Below, one piece after another: positions 37,401-49,098 of a DNA stretch of 60,377 nucleotides (positions are counted from its first letter, which is position 1; each line of letters starts with the position of its first letter). Source of the DNA: Phoronis australis (taxonomy: Eukaryota > Animalia > Phoronida); NCBI GenBank assembly GCA_002633005.1, contig NMRA01000405.1:315274-375650 (forward strand), read 5' to 3'. The notes beneath the pieces were generated by a model. It was not told the origin of the DNA. It saw only the letters and a list, made by a program, of their open reading frames with translations, and ran no database searches. The position numbers and the translations under genes were made by a program.

Positions 37401-40400
37401 GTGATGGTTCTATTTTTCAAAAATTGTAAAATTATGGAATTCATCGTTATCACTGACAAATATTGTGCCTTGCATATGTGACCAATGTGACTTATATATG
37501 CAAAATGCACCATAAAGGCTGTGACAACTGAGACCTCCCTGCGACTTTTTGAAAATTTGGAGATGTGACAAATTGTGACGTGCCATTAAGTATGAACCCG
37601 TTCTTTGCCCTATGCATTTTCACTGTTATAATTGTTACATAAATATGTAAATGTTCATAGAAAGCCAAATCTCTCATCGCCAAAAAAGAGGAGGGCAACC
37701 AAGCGTTCCGGGCAGGTAAGCTAGAGGAAGCTCAAGCTCTCTACTCACAGGCGCTGCTTATCGACCCGTACAACAAGTTCACCAACTCGAAGCTATACAA
37801 TAACAGAGCCACGGTACTGGCAAAGGTGAGCCCTTCATTGACTACTTTTTTGCAGATCAACAAATCTCGTGGAAAATAAAGTTGATAACAGTTATGTTGA
37901 GTTAAATTCGAATGAGTCTGTGCCTCAATTCCCAAGCAATGCGCCATGTTTGGATCTGCAATTTTAGTTTTTGGCCATACTCAATAACACAAGCATTTTT
38001 ATGCGCCCACATTTTTATAATGTGGTCGCATATTGCCCTCATCTCTGTCTGTGCGTCTGGCATCCGCAACTGTATCTGCTAAACCCCTCACAGGATCTTA
38101 ATAAGATTTGGGAGATGTGTTCCTATGAAGTGGCGGACGACGAATTTTGGACCTCTCCGACTACTGGTGTGCCCCCTAGTTTTTTGGTGTCCACACTTGT
38201 ATCAACCAAACCGCTCTAGGGATGGTTTTGAAAATTGGCATATATAGTGGTGGTTTTGTTTGTTTTTGCGACCATTACTGTATTTCCTAAACCCTTCGCA
38301 GGATCATAGATTTGGCAGATTTGCTCCTATGAAGCTGACGACGAATTTCGGACTTCACCGACTACCGGTGAGCCCCCTAGTGGAAATTTTAATTTTTTTA
38401 CGCTTACCTCTGTATCTTTGGAGATCCTCAATGGATTTTCAAAAAATTTGGCAGTTAGGCATCTATTAGTTAAATCGAGTCCCACCAGGTCACACTGCTA
38501 AACCCTTGAGCCAGGTTTCTAGCTCCTCAGCTCGGTTTTAACCATATATTAATAAAGCATAAAAATAGTTCCAGGTGATCAGTGCAATGGGCCCACATGC
38601 GAGGTCTGCGCATGTATGGTGCAATGTATATCAGACGGCCTCCAGTTGTTTTGTTATTTATTAGTTATATGATGCCATCCTCTCTTGTTTTCAGGCAGAT
38701 TTGAGGTACTTTGTGCCACCTAGTGGCCATTTTTACTGTTTTTGAGTCTGTTTTCGGCGTTCGCCGATCTATCACCTAACTGCTCTAGGGATGATTTTGA
38801 AAATTGGCATATATGTTCTTACTGTGAAGAGGGCGTCTGACAATGATTTTCCTTTGACTTCGACTACTATCATATGGCACCTCTTAGTGGCAGTTTTGTT
38901 TGTTTTTGCGCCCACAGCTGTATCTCCTCAATGCTCTACAGGATGTGTATTGAATTTTGCTGGTGTATTTATATTAAGTTGACAACAGGACAACGACGTT
39001 CAGACGGATCAGGCTACCAGTGTGCCCCCTAGTAGCAATTTTAGTTTTTTACGTTTACCTCTGTATCTTAAAAGGTCGTCTATGGATTTTCATAAATTTT
39101 GGGAGATAGTTATCTATTAGTGAGGTGATGCTGTCATCCGGTTTCGGTAATAGGAGGCATTTTTCTCCAACTTGTGGCCATTTGTACTGTTTTCGGGTCT
39201 GTTTTTTGGCATCTGCCCCTCTGTCAACCGAATCACTCTAAGGACGATGATTTTCTGACGACTTCAATAACTGTGGCAGTTTTTTATGCCCGTTTTTCTG
39301 AAACCCTCTGCAGGATCTTTATTAAATTTAGCAAGACTTATTGTATTTATATGAGCTTGGCAACAAGTGACATTGACTTTTGGATGGGTCCGACTACAAG
39401 TGTGCCCCCTAGTGGCAACGGATTTTCGTAAAATTTTACCGATAGGTATTTATTTGTGAGTTGACGCTATGCTCTGGATTTCAGTTTGATTCATGACATT
39501 TTGCGCCACCTAGTGGCCATTTTTATTGTTTTCAAGTCTTGTTATTTGGCGTCTGCCCCTCTTTTAACCAAACTACTCTAAGGATGGTTGTGGAATTAGG
39601 CATGTCTGTTCGTAATGTGAAGAGAAAATTTGACTATGATTTTCCGACGACGTTATCTACTGTGGCGCCTCTTAGTGGCAGTTATGTTTTTTTTTGTGCC
39701 TATAGCCTCTTAGTGGAAATTTCATTTTTTCGTTTCCTCTGTTTCTCAGAAGTTCATTGATGGATTTTTATGAAATTTGGTAAATAGCTTTAATGACACA
39801 TACACGTTTTCAGATGGATTCATTTTTATGTTTCAAATAAACACCCCTAGAAGCACACCATTAGCGATGCATTCGTGGGCGCATTTCAACGCTCAGCGTT
39901 GCTCTTGTTTGAGGTGTTTATGTTTCTAACAGCAATGGAATCCCATCATGGTAAGGAAAATCTTGTGATTGATTTTATGAGAGTAAACAACCCAATATGG
40001 TTTCTCTTTTTTAACCAGTCAAGGGGAGCGTAATGCAGGTTTAAATATTTTAATGCCCACGTGCCCACCACCCATACTACAGTGCTGTTGTGATTGTTTG
40101 ATGGAGTTGCAGTTAACATGTGATTACAGCAAAAGAAGCTAGAAGAGGCCATTAATGACTGTACAAAAGCCATAGAATTAGATGAGTCCTACCTAAAGGC
40201 ATATCTGAGGCGGGGGAAGTGGTAGGTCGTCTCTATCAGCTTCACTGTTGGCACTTATGAGCTCTGGCATGTAACAATTGAGATTGGTTTAGTCCTGGTT
40301 TTACCCATTATGTGTAAATTGAAGGAATACATGGAATACGACCTCTCTAATTGTTATTCAAACATTTCAGCAGTGTACAGTAGTACTTCAGCAGTGTACA

Positions 40401-43400
40401 GTAGCACTTCAGCGGTGTACAGTAGTACCTCAGCGGTGTACAGTAGTACCTCAGCGGTGTACAGTAGTACCTCAGCGGTGTACAGTAGTACTTCAGCGGT
40501 GTACAGTAGTACTTCAGCGGTGTACAGTAGTACTTCAGCGGTGTACAGTAGTACTTCAGCGGTGTACAGTAGTACTTCAGCGGTGTACAGTAGTACTTCA
40601 GCGGTGTACAGTAGTACTGCAATGTTTTGGTGAGCTGACACAGCATATGATTTTTGAGAAATGCATTAAAGCTTTGAGACATGCAGCTGAGGAATTAAAA
40701 TGCAGAGAAAGTGATTTACATATACTGGAATTTGCTATATACTTGATTTAGTGACGTTGCGTCCGTCTTTCACGCCACGTATTAGCCAGAACAATGATAA
40801 CATCACTAGCCAACATGAAGTCCGTGAGAGGCGGACGCAACGTTGCTAACTCAGATAAGCAAATTCCAGTTTTTGATTCAAATTTTCTGTATTTTTAATA
40901 CATTTTTTATTTGCTAAATTGTTACTCAACTGTGGTTCCAAGTTGCGTGCTTTTGCTTTGTAGCCCTGTTTGCTTTGCCGAGGTCTTCAAATAGTTTCTC
41001 ATTAGTTTCTGAAGACAGCACAGTTATACTTCTAGTTCTGTTCACAAGGTGGGGTTAGTGTTGTTAAAAACCATCAAAGCTTGTTTATTGTTATTAAGCG
41101 ATGAAACAGAATTCACATTACAATTAGGGAGGTCAGAGAATCGTGGATTTGCTTTGGCTGGATTTTCATCTTGCGTGTAACAACAAAGCTAGTCCATTTG
41201 CTGTTTTGAAGTAACGATAGGGAATTTGCTTTACTTAGGGACAATCTGGGAAACTTGGATTTGCTATGGCAAGTTTATCTCCTTTTGTGTGACTTGCCGA
41301 AGGATGCATGGTAGTTTTTGCTTTCATGTCCTTTGTCCTGCTGTTTGTCACGTGCCCTCTGTTTTTACAGCTACATTGAAAATGAACAGTATGAAGAGGC
41401 AGTGAGAGACTACGAGAAAGTGTTTAACATGGACAAAACTAAAGGTTAGCATTACTCTGATGGTGGTCAACTGTTCTTAGGCTTGGACGCTCTTTGTAAC
41501 ATAAATTTGTCCCTTTGGGACCTGTTATTTGATCTGACTTTTGCTTTGGTCTGTTTTTGAGCTACAGTTGTTTGTTGAACTTCTGTCCTTGAAGAGCCAG
41601 TTCCGTTCTTTTGCATAGTTGGGATTGTGTCTCCTGATTTTTGCTGTAAGCTATCATTCTCAGCGTTTGGTGATGAGTGTAGATTTTTTGCTCAGAATGG
41701 GAGATTGACATTCACGTGACATATATGTCCTGCAGTGCTCGACACCTAGCTTAAAGCCAAGTCGCATTTGGTGACTTGGCAAAAATCCCAGGTCTCCAAA
41801 AGAAATCTGAGGTCACCAAAACTGACATCGAAATGGTCAACTAAATCAAAAAATGCTGTGTTGTACTCGGAAACTTATGCATACCTCCTCTTTAATTTCT
41901 GCTGTTAATAAAGAATGTGTATGATAATCAAATTGTACCTCACTATCTTCTGCCAATAAAGTTAGAATACACACGATCGCATATACTGGAAACGTGTGTT
42001 TCATTGATCTTGTAAACAATTCCAACTTCTATCTGTTTACTTCCTGTTGTGATTTAATAAGCACTTGTTTGATGTGTGCTGACTACTGTGGTGGTAAATG
42101 ATGTGTACTGACTACTGTGGTGACAAATGATGTGTACTGACTACTGTGGTGACAAATGCACTGATTTCACGAAATGAACGGATCCATTGTGAACCAAAGG
42201 TATTGCATCGAGGAAAACTTTGAGTAATTTATAGTTTGGAAGTCAACACAAACTTTGAAATGACTTTGATACCTGCAGGTCACCAAGCACAATTTGAGGT
42301 CACATTGGCGACCTTCAAGTCACCAAATGGAGCGGTGAAATTTAAGCTAAAAATCTTTATGAGAAACACATACAATCTTGTCTTACACCAAGATGTCTGG
42401 AACAGGTTATTTGGCCTTGGTGTTTATGAGAACTTGAAATAAACTGTTTGATCGAGGCATACTTCTCATACTGGACTAGGCACAAGCTCTTGCTGGTTCT
42501 TGGCTATAGGTCAGTCTCATTTGGCATACTTCACCTACTGGACTAGGCACATGCTCTTGCTGGTTCTTGGCTATAGGTCAGTCTCATTTGGCATACTTCA
42601 CCTACTGGACTAGGCACAAGCTCTTGCTGGTTCTTGGCTATAGGTCAGTCTCATTTGGCATGCTTCACATACTGGACTAGGCACAAGCACTTGCTGGTTC
42701 TTGGCTATAGGTCAGTCTCATTTGGCATACTTCACATACTGGACTAGGCACAAGCTCTTGCTGGTTCTTGACTCACCTTTTAAAATATTTCTACATAACT
42801 CAGCATTAAAAATGATACTTTAGAACAGTCAGAATGTTTGGTACTAGACCCAGATTTTGTAGAAAAATTACTGAATATTATACCACAGGAGGGATTATTT
42901 GGTCAAATGCAAACCGTGACCAAATTTTGTAAAACTGCTAAAAGATTTTTCCTTAACTGTGGTATTCCTCACATAAACTTGAGAACTGGTGGAGCATTGC
43001 GTGTAACACCTCTTATTACAGAACACAAGCGATTGCTACAAGAAGCCAAGTTGGAATTAAAAAAGAGCAAAAGGAAAGACTTCTACAAAATATTGGGTGT
43101 CGATAAGAATGCTACGGACGACGAAATCAAGAAAGCGTACAGAAAGAGAGCTCTAGCTCATCACCCAGGTACGGTGCTGAGACGTTGGCAAGGAAAAGAT
43201 AACTGTTGATACTTTTAGAGCACGTTACGTTGTTAATGCTGCTATGCACTGCTTTCCATAGACCCATGACACTAACGGTTCACTTGTGGTGAGAAGTATC
43301 TGCTTATAGAACACAATCTGTTAATTCTGTCCCCTAATTCAACATTCTAACCTCACCGACTGATCACGTCAGAGGCTACCATTCTGCTAGGGTACGCACG

Positions 43401-45887
43401 GATCTACCGTACGCACATCTGACTTCCGTCAAAATTGATTTTAGGTGTAGAACATTCTACTGGAACAGTTATGAAATTAGAATCCTGCCTTGTTTCTTAC
43501 TAGGATTTGAGGTGTTTGCTGGGCTTGGGAACAACTAACGTCCGTTATTGCTTGAGATGTGCAGGGCTTGGAATTTTCCTCTTTTGGTTTTGATTTCCTC
43601 TTATTTGATTTCCAGTTTCCTCTTTTGTTTGTCTCTTTTTATCATTATTTTGACTTTGTTCATTCATGCCAAGTCGTTTATTTCAGTTAAATTTTACAAC
43701 ACAATAGATATTTCTATGACATAATCATATTTGTTGAACAATACAGCACCTGAAAATTTTCCCTCTTTTTTGTCATGGGTCATTCCAAGCCCTGGATGAG
43801 ACACAGTAAATCTAGTTGACGGAACTTTATGCACTGAAAGCACTATGCCTGGACACATGATGGTTCTGTGACCGAAACTTATATGAAGTTAGCAGCTGGT
43901 ACTTTGCCAATGAGCAACTGTTATCGCCTGGCTGGTGAATCTGTTTGAACTTCTCAAGTTTGCAAGGGGGGGTGCTGAAGGAGCGAACTTTGCTGGTGTA
44001 CTTTCAGCTCTTGTTACTCACGTAGTGCTCATTGTAAATTTCTGGTAGTCCTATTCATGTGATATGAGTGACTGTATGTTTTCATGTAAAAACCTTTGAG
44101 GAAAATATTCAAATAAGTATCCAGAAGATCAGGCTTATATTTTTGCACCAAGAAACATTAAAATTGGAATTAGGACACTGATCGCTATGAAAGTTGTTCT
44201 CAGCCAGAACCCTCCGCAGATGTGAAGGAATTTCACTTAGGCTCTTGACAGATAACCAAATCTTCATTATTGAAGATGGAACTTTCTAGGTTGTCATTTT
44301 ATACGTCAAGAGAAATATGGCTGCCACCTAGTGGGGAACTGGACTGCATTCTGTGGAGTGCAAGATCACACACATCCACCCTAAATCATGTGAGCCAAAG
44401 GGGTTTGTATCCCTGAGTGTGTTCAGGACCACACTTAGAAAAATAGCCATCACTGAAGTGATTGGTCGGGAGGCTGGAATGCTGAATTACACAAGCAAAA
44501 AATGCCATTTCTTTTTACATGAGCTATGATTTCTAACCCCTAGTGTCTCACTTATGATTTTTGTGTACGGAACGCGCTTCGGACTTTTTGTGTGCCCAAA
44601 CATGCGGGAGAGTCACTAACTTCTATCAGCATAAGCAAGTGCTCAGCAAATGGGTCTCACTCCTTTGTTTACTTACCTATGAGGCTATGTGAAGAGTGGT
44701 GCTATCTCAACTAAATGGATGTGGGTTCAATCCGTGGCTTCTACTGTCATGTAGTTGACCTTTTGAATAAGGAGCTTCTCCTGCACTGCTCCAGCCAACT
44801 CAGGTGTGAGTAACAGTCATGGCTGGCTAGTAGGGTAATTCTCCACTTCTTTCATACGCAATTAATTAAACAAGATTTTCACGATAGTCAGGATGTGCCA
44901 AATGGACTGAGTATGAAGTAATTGCGTAATCTTGTTCTAGTGTAAGAGTACTTTTCCCCATCATAGGCAAAAATCTCTTTTGAGCATACAACTCTGAGTG
45001 ACACCATGCTCATCCGTGTCACCCCTTCTGCCTTATGCTTGCAACAACCTGAGATATCATATTCAACTTTATGAACATGGTGTTTAGATTTTATTAACGC
45101 CATAAATAAGACGTGCATTACTAGAATTCTGGCTGGAGTTTGCATTGGTATTTTTCTGTACTGACCATGTGAATGGGGTGAGGCAAAAAATTCCCACCAA
45201 ATAGCCTCTTGCGTAATAAGTGAGGGACACAAAAAATTATTTTCCAGATAATTTTGGGTGTGTGAAGTGGGGTGAGTGTGCGAAATAAGTGCCACTGGTG
45301 AATTACCGTAATTTTCAATGGACGCATTGTAGTAACTTAGGAAAGTTGTTAGACTCACCCAGTCACGTTACAGGGGTGTGCTATAATGATTTAGCTTTTG
45401 CTTGAAATTGGTGACTGAATCTTACTGCAGACCGCCACGCACATGACACAGAGGAAAAACAGAAAGAGGAAGAGAAGATATTCAAAGAAATAGGCGAGGC
45501 TTACACTATCCTGTCTGACCCTAAGAAGAAGGCGCGATTTGACCGTGGCGATGACCTGGAGGAAATGGGAGGTTTTGGTGAGTACCTGTCAGTGAAAAAT
45601 GTGTCTAATACAAATCGAAGCATTTGCGTGCTATCAGGAGGACATTACCATGAAGGGACAACTGTATTTGCGTATTTTAACAACACTGTTCTGCCGATTT
45701 CGTAGTTGTCTTTCACATAACCTTAATTTGAATTGTTCCATGTTTGGTATTTACAGATGACTTCGACCCCAACACCATATTCCAAGCGTTCTTCGGTGGT
45801 AGCGGAGGTCATCCTTTCAACATGGGTGGTGGAATGGGGGGATTCGGTGGCGGTCCCGGGCATGGATTCACCTTCCACTTTGGCTGA
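25364..45887 (+). CDS. DNAJC7: DnaJ homolog subfamily C member 7 (TPR2; TPR repeats + C-terminal J domain), 13 exons, 501 aa
   Basis: Exons 25364-25428, 29653-29750, 31421-31545, 32129-32242, 32767-32841, 33185-33303, 36525-36678, 37661-37825, 40130-40221, 41371-41444, 43022-43168, 45431-45577, 45757-45887; total 1506 nt, phases consistent. TPR motifs ([40 protein letters not shown]), J domain [13 protein letters not shown]-terminal [18 protein letters not shown]. Confidence 0.96.
26109..28243. mobile_element. hAT-like non-autonomous element, TIR CAGGGATCGAC/GTCGAGCCCTG, probable 5-bp TSD CGTCA/CATCA
   Basis: TIRs plus subterminal GCGACCTG/GCGAGCTG repeats at both ends. Confidence 0.7.
28250..29200. 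mobile_element. Family D nested copy; right terminus interrupted by a ~375-bp insert with a T-run (28816-29192)
   Basis: TAGACAGTGACCAC..GGTCACTG[insert]ACTGTCTA, flanked by (G/A)TGACGTCAT once the hAT element is removed. Confidence 0.65.
29348..29410. repeat. Short tandem repeat (TGTGCCCCTCTA)
   Basis: About 5 units. Confidence 0.85.
29653..29750 (+). CDS. DNAJC7: DNAJC7 exon 2
   Basis: [32 protein letters not shown]. Confidence 0.92.
30285..30735. repeat. 28-bp minisatellite AAACCCTGGTCTCCTAAGTCTGGGGCTC, ~16 units
   Basis: Direct observation. Confidence 0.92.
31421..31545 (+). CDS. DNAJC7: DNAJC7 exon 3
   Basis: [41 protein letters not shown]. Confidence 0.93.
32129..32242 (+). CDS. DNAJC7: DNAJC7 exon 4
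   Basis: [38 protein letters not shown]. Confidence 0.93.
32767..32841 (+). CDS. DNAJC7: DNAJC7 exon 5
   Basis: [25 protein letters not shown]. Confidence 0.88.
33185..33303 (+). CDS. DNAJC7: DNAJC7 exon 6
   Basis: [39 protein letters not shown]. Confidence 0.92.
34030..34250 (-). mobile_element. tRNA-derived SINE, copy 2
   Basis: Same body (gatcacctggaa..gctagaaacctg..ctcaaggg) and B box GGTTCGAGTCCC on the minus strand. Confidence 0.75.
34630..34672. repeat. (CAA)n microsatellite
   Basis: Direct observation. Confidence 0.85.
34764..36418. mobile_element. Kolobok-like DNA transposon deletion derivative with a degenerate THAP-domain remnant (minus strand, 36273-36022)
   Basis: TTAA|AGGAGCATGCCACCC...GGGTGGCATTTTCCT|TTAA; [19 protein letters not shown] resembles the THAP core. 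Confidence 0.7.
36525..36678 (+). CDS. DNAJC7: DNAJC7 exon 7
   Basis: [43 protein letters not shown]. Confidence 0.94.
37661..37825 (+). CDS. DNAJC7: DNAJC7 exon 8
   Basis: [20 protein letters not shown]...[15 protein letters not shown]. Confidence 0.94.
38001..39909 (-). mobile_element. HINE family A copy, inverted, with nested SINE
   Basis: TTTTT-ATGCGCCCACAT..ATGTGGTCGCAT hairpin at left; GTGGGCGCAT..GCTCTTGTT at right. Confidence 0.75.
38475..38668 (+). mobile_element. tRNA-derived SINE, copy 3 (5'-truncated, nested in a HINE)
   Basis: Near reverse complement of 160-330; interrupts the 38001-39909 element. Confidence 0.75.
40130..40221 (+). CDS. DNAJC7: DNAJC7 exon 9
   Basis: [30 protein letters not shown]. 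Confidence 0.93.
40366..40618. repeat. 21-bp minisatellite TCAGCGGTGTACAGTAGTACT, ~12 units
   Basis: Direct observation; explains the spurious repetitive ORFs. Confidence 0.95.
40725..40869. mobile_element. Short MITE-like inverted repeat
   Basis: CTGGAATTTGCT..ACGTTGCGTCCG / CGGACGCAACGT..AGCAAATTCCAG. Confidence 0.55.
41371..41444 (+). CDS. DNAJC7: DNAJC7 exon 10
   Basis: [24 protein letters not shown]. Confidence 0.93.
42071..42158. repeat. 29-bp tandem repeat, 3 units
   Basis: GATGTGTACTGACTACTGTGGTGACAAAT. Confidence 0.85.
42456..42770. repeat. 67-bp tandem repeat, ~4.5 units
   Basis: CTGGACTAGG recurs at 42471, 42538, 42605 and onward. Confidence 0.9.
43022..43168 (+). CDS. DNAJC7: DNAJC7 exon 11 (J domain start)
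   Basis: [48 protein letters not shown]. Confidence 0.95.
43562..43794. mobile_element. hAT-like MITE family C, short variant, TSD GATGTG/GATGAG
   Basis: Same TIRs, opposite orientation. Confidence 0.75.
45431..45577 (+). CDS. DNAJC7: DNAJC7 exon 12 (J domain end)
   Basis: [43 protein letters not shown]; completes the HPD motif across the intron. Confidence 0.95.
45757..45887 (+). CDS. DNAJC7: DNAJC7 exon 13 (G/F-rich tail, stop)
   Basis: [17 protein letters not shown]...GFTFHFG*; AATAAA downstream near 46005 and 46073. Confidence 0.93.
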
Positions 45888-48800
45888 AGATCACCCACAT
45901 GGATCGCGGCAAAGAAGTTGGAGGCTTGGTACAGAAATATGTGCATTTTGATGAAGGGTTCATTAGGTCATTTCAGTGAAGTTTGTCGGGAACGCTGATC
46001 TGATTAATAAAAAAAACTAAAGCCAGTCTGCGCGTGCTTTAGATGACCCAGAAATATGCAATTTCATACTTTAATAAAGCAAGTATGTAATTTTTTATTA
46101 TCTTTAAAATAAAAACTGATATAGCAGTGTAATCAGTAACAACGGGAAATGTTCCTTTCCGTATTTCAGAACTTGGAAGTATTTCTTCTAAAAAATGCAA
46201 AATTAAAACAAAACAGTGCTCACTATTGAAATACAGGTGTTTCAACATTTGAGGCCCAAAAGTTGTGCTCCCAGAATGTTTCGAAGCAGTTGCAAGCATC
46301 TGACTTACAACACTGTGAAACGATTTTTGTGTTACCCAGTTTTGTTTTGGTGAGCATGACAGTCTGAGTCAACAAAGACAAAACCTGTCAGAAGGTTTTA
46401 TGACTTGGAACGTTTTTGCCCCTGTCATTTGAATGTCACACAGCGCAACAGTGATAATTTGATGGTATGGTGATTGCAAAGAATTTCTCAAAAAATATTA
46501 CGGAATCCCATTGCCTAAAGTCTCCATCCGAAACCCCGGGCAGTAAGCTATAGATGGCGCTGAATGTTATGCACCAAATACATGTATGCTACTGCCATCT
46601 AGTGCTAAAGATTGATGTCGCCCCTATGTGGGACTCTCTTATATAGGTTGTCTCTATGTGGGAAATTGACTATTTGGATTAAACTGGCAACAGGGGTTTC
46701 AAAACATAAATTGCAGTGTGGTTAGAGTAATAAATAGTCTAAGAACAGTTAAGTTTATTTCAGGTTTAACATTACATCAAAATACTTGTAACATTTGATT
46801 ATTTCTTATCGGGATGCTGACATAGTGAATCAGTGCAATGGGCCCACCTGAGTGGCACATCTAGCTCAACATGTACCAGACCTCCTGCAATTACTAGTTT
46901 TCATTGAATTTTGGCAGTGAATGTGTGTGTTGAAGGTCATTATGGTTGTTTTATTCCTTATCTCTGTGCTGTCTATGTGCATGTAACCAGAGGTTATTCA
47001 CGTGTTGGAACAAACTGATGTTGGAGGAAGCATGAGGGATTAGATGTTAGTGGTTTTTGGGCCGGTCCACTATTTAATCGAAGGTATAACAGCACAGACA
47101 TTTTGTTGTAAACTATTTTTAAACACAGGCTGCTGTGGTACGAGTATATCCATCTGTCACAGTATAAACTTGTGGAGGTTCTAAGTCTTAGTGAGAATGG
47201 ATACAGTAATACATTACAGTACAAACATATTTTGACAATTGGAAATTCCCGGTCATGGCGAATCCAAATTCATCGTCAAGATTACTGAATCTTCCTTCAT
47301 TACCAAGAATGAAGGTGGTTTAACAGGGAAGTCATTGAAGTAGCTAAGTCATTCGGTAATGAGGACTTTGCCTCCCTGATATTTATTACCATCCATTTTT
47401 AGTGTTAACAAAATTAGCCATCATGACAGGAAAATGGTGTTTTGTCAGATTACTCTGTCGTGTGCTGTATGTTTTAGAAATTTAGATAATTAATAAATAA
47501 ACAGTAAATCTAAGATCACCAAGCCTGGCTTCCGTGAAGTTAAAAGCGCCCCCTGTATCAGCCCCTATGAAGTTGATGTGCCTTCGCATACAATCACTCA
47601 GGTGAAGCATGTTCAGTTACACTTTTAAAGCTGAGAAGTGGAATGTTATTTGATCATAGTGTGTAACAAATTAGTGCTAGTGATTTCTTAAAGGGGTTCC
47701 CGAATTGTGAGAACCAGTTCCATGCTGGTTGTTTAGTGGAGAAAACTGATTATCAAAATGGAGAACCTTATGAGGTACTGTTATGGGAAATTGGTTACTT
47801 CCTTGTACAATTGTCGCCAAATGATGCAACATTTTCAATATGTGTAGCCATGTAAACCTTTGGAAAATGACACTTCTGGATTATTGTTTTGTGTGAACTT
47901 GGATTAAGTGCTTCATGTTAAGATTACGCCATTTGATTGTGGAAACAGTCTTCCATTCCAAAAAGGTTTGTCTGACGGCTACTGTCTATAATTATCAAAC
48001 TTTGCATGTGGTCTATGTTCTTGGCTGCAGCTATTAACTGACGCGTTTGGACGAGAGTGTTTATCTTGTATGTAAATATTTGTGCAGTTGATATCGAAGA
48101 CATTTAACTTGAAGTAGTTAACAAAAGTAAAACAGAAAATTTCGAAAATCTCTTTTATAGATTTTACGTCCTGGTAGCGAGTTTGCGAATCCCTGCCAAC
48201 GAAATCACTGTGTTGAAGGTGTATATTTGGTAATGGCTGGTTGGGGTTGTGCTTTTTCATTTTGCTTTATTTGATGTGTAATACTCCCACACTTGAACAA
48301 ATTATTCAGGGGAGCAGTAATGAAAGGAGGCGTCCATTAGCTGTTTACCCGGGGGTACTCGACTATATCGTGTAGGTGCAGCTGAAGAATAAGGATGCCC
48401 ACCCAAGGAGTGGAGTCGAAAAAAGTGGTTCCAGTTGGAGGGAAGTCACTTGAATGTGACACCCTTTAGTTGGATATTGTTCCATAAACTTATCCTTTTA
48501 GTACGTATTCGTTGACAGCAAATTTTTTGATTCAAAACTCGAAACAGTTAAAAAAAAGATGCCATGTTGTCAGAAATGGGTACATCATGTGCAGCAAAAG
48601 TGCGCTGTAGATTTGTGTAGTTGGAAAAGGAGTCCTTTTTAGAATTGCGAACTCCCAAAGTGAACCTTTGTATTGAAAACTTAGTTTAAAAAGTTACCCT
48701 TTTAAAGGAAACTGGTCGTGAATAAGCCGACATGTCCCCGTACACCTCTTCTATGGGAGTATTGGGAGGTTGGTTACTAAAGGTAATCCAATCAAAATAT

Positions 48801-48940
48801 GGTGACCATGTTGGAAAATCACTTTTGAAATATGATACATTAAACTCTTAAATGGTTGCACAACTCTGCGTAATTGTGCAAATTATGTATGGGTGTCTGC
48901 GATCTGTATAGTTCTTCACATACGTCCAAAATGAGCTTAC

Positions 48941-49098
48941 GATTGCTGGGTAGTGTTCAGTAGCCATCTCGCAGCGAGAAAAAAAACTAGCCAAAATCAC
49001 ATGCTCTTATTTAAAGTATGCGGCTGCAACTCGTGTAATCTCGCGTAGTCTTACTTTTCTAGCGATGTCCTAGCGTTACTGAACTCTACCCGGTAATC
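48941..49098. mobile_element. Short MITE-like inverted repeat
   Basis: GATTGCTGGGTAGTGTTCAGTA / TACTGAACTCTACCCGGTAATC. Confidence 0.5.

Noticed and set aside
40310-40682. Overlapping ORFs with SAVYSST / YYCTPLK / LLYTAEV repeats
   Set aside because: Artefact of a stop-free 21-bp minisatellite in DNAJC7 intron 9; not needed for the spliced frame
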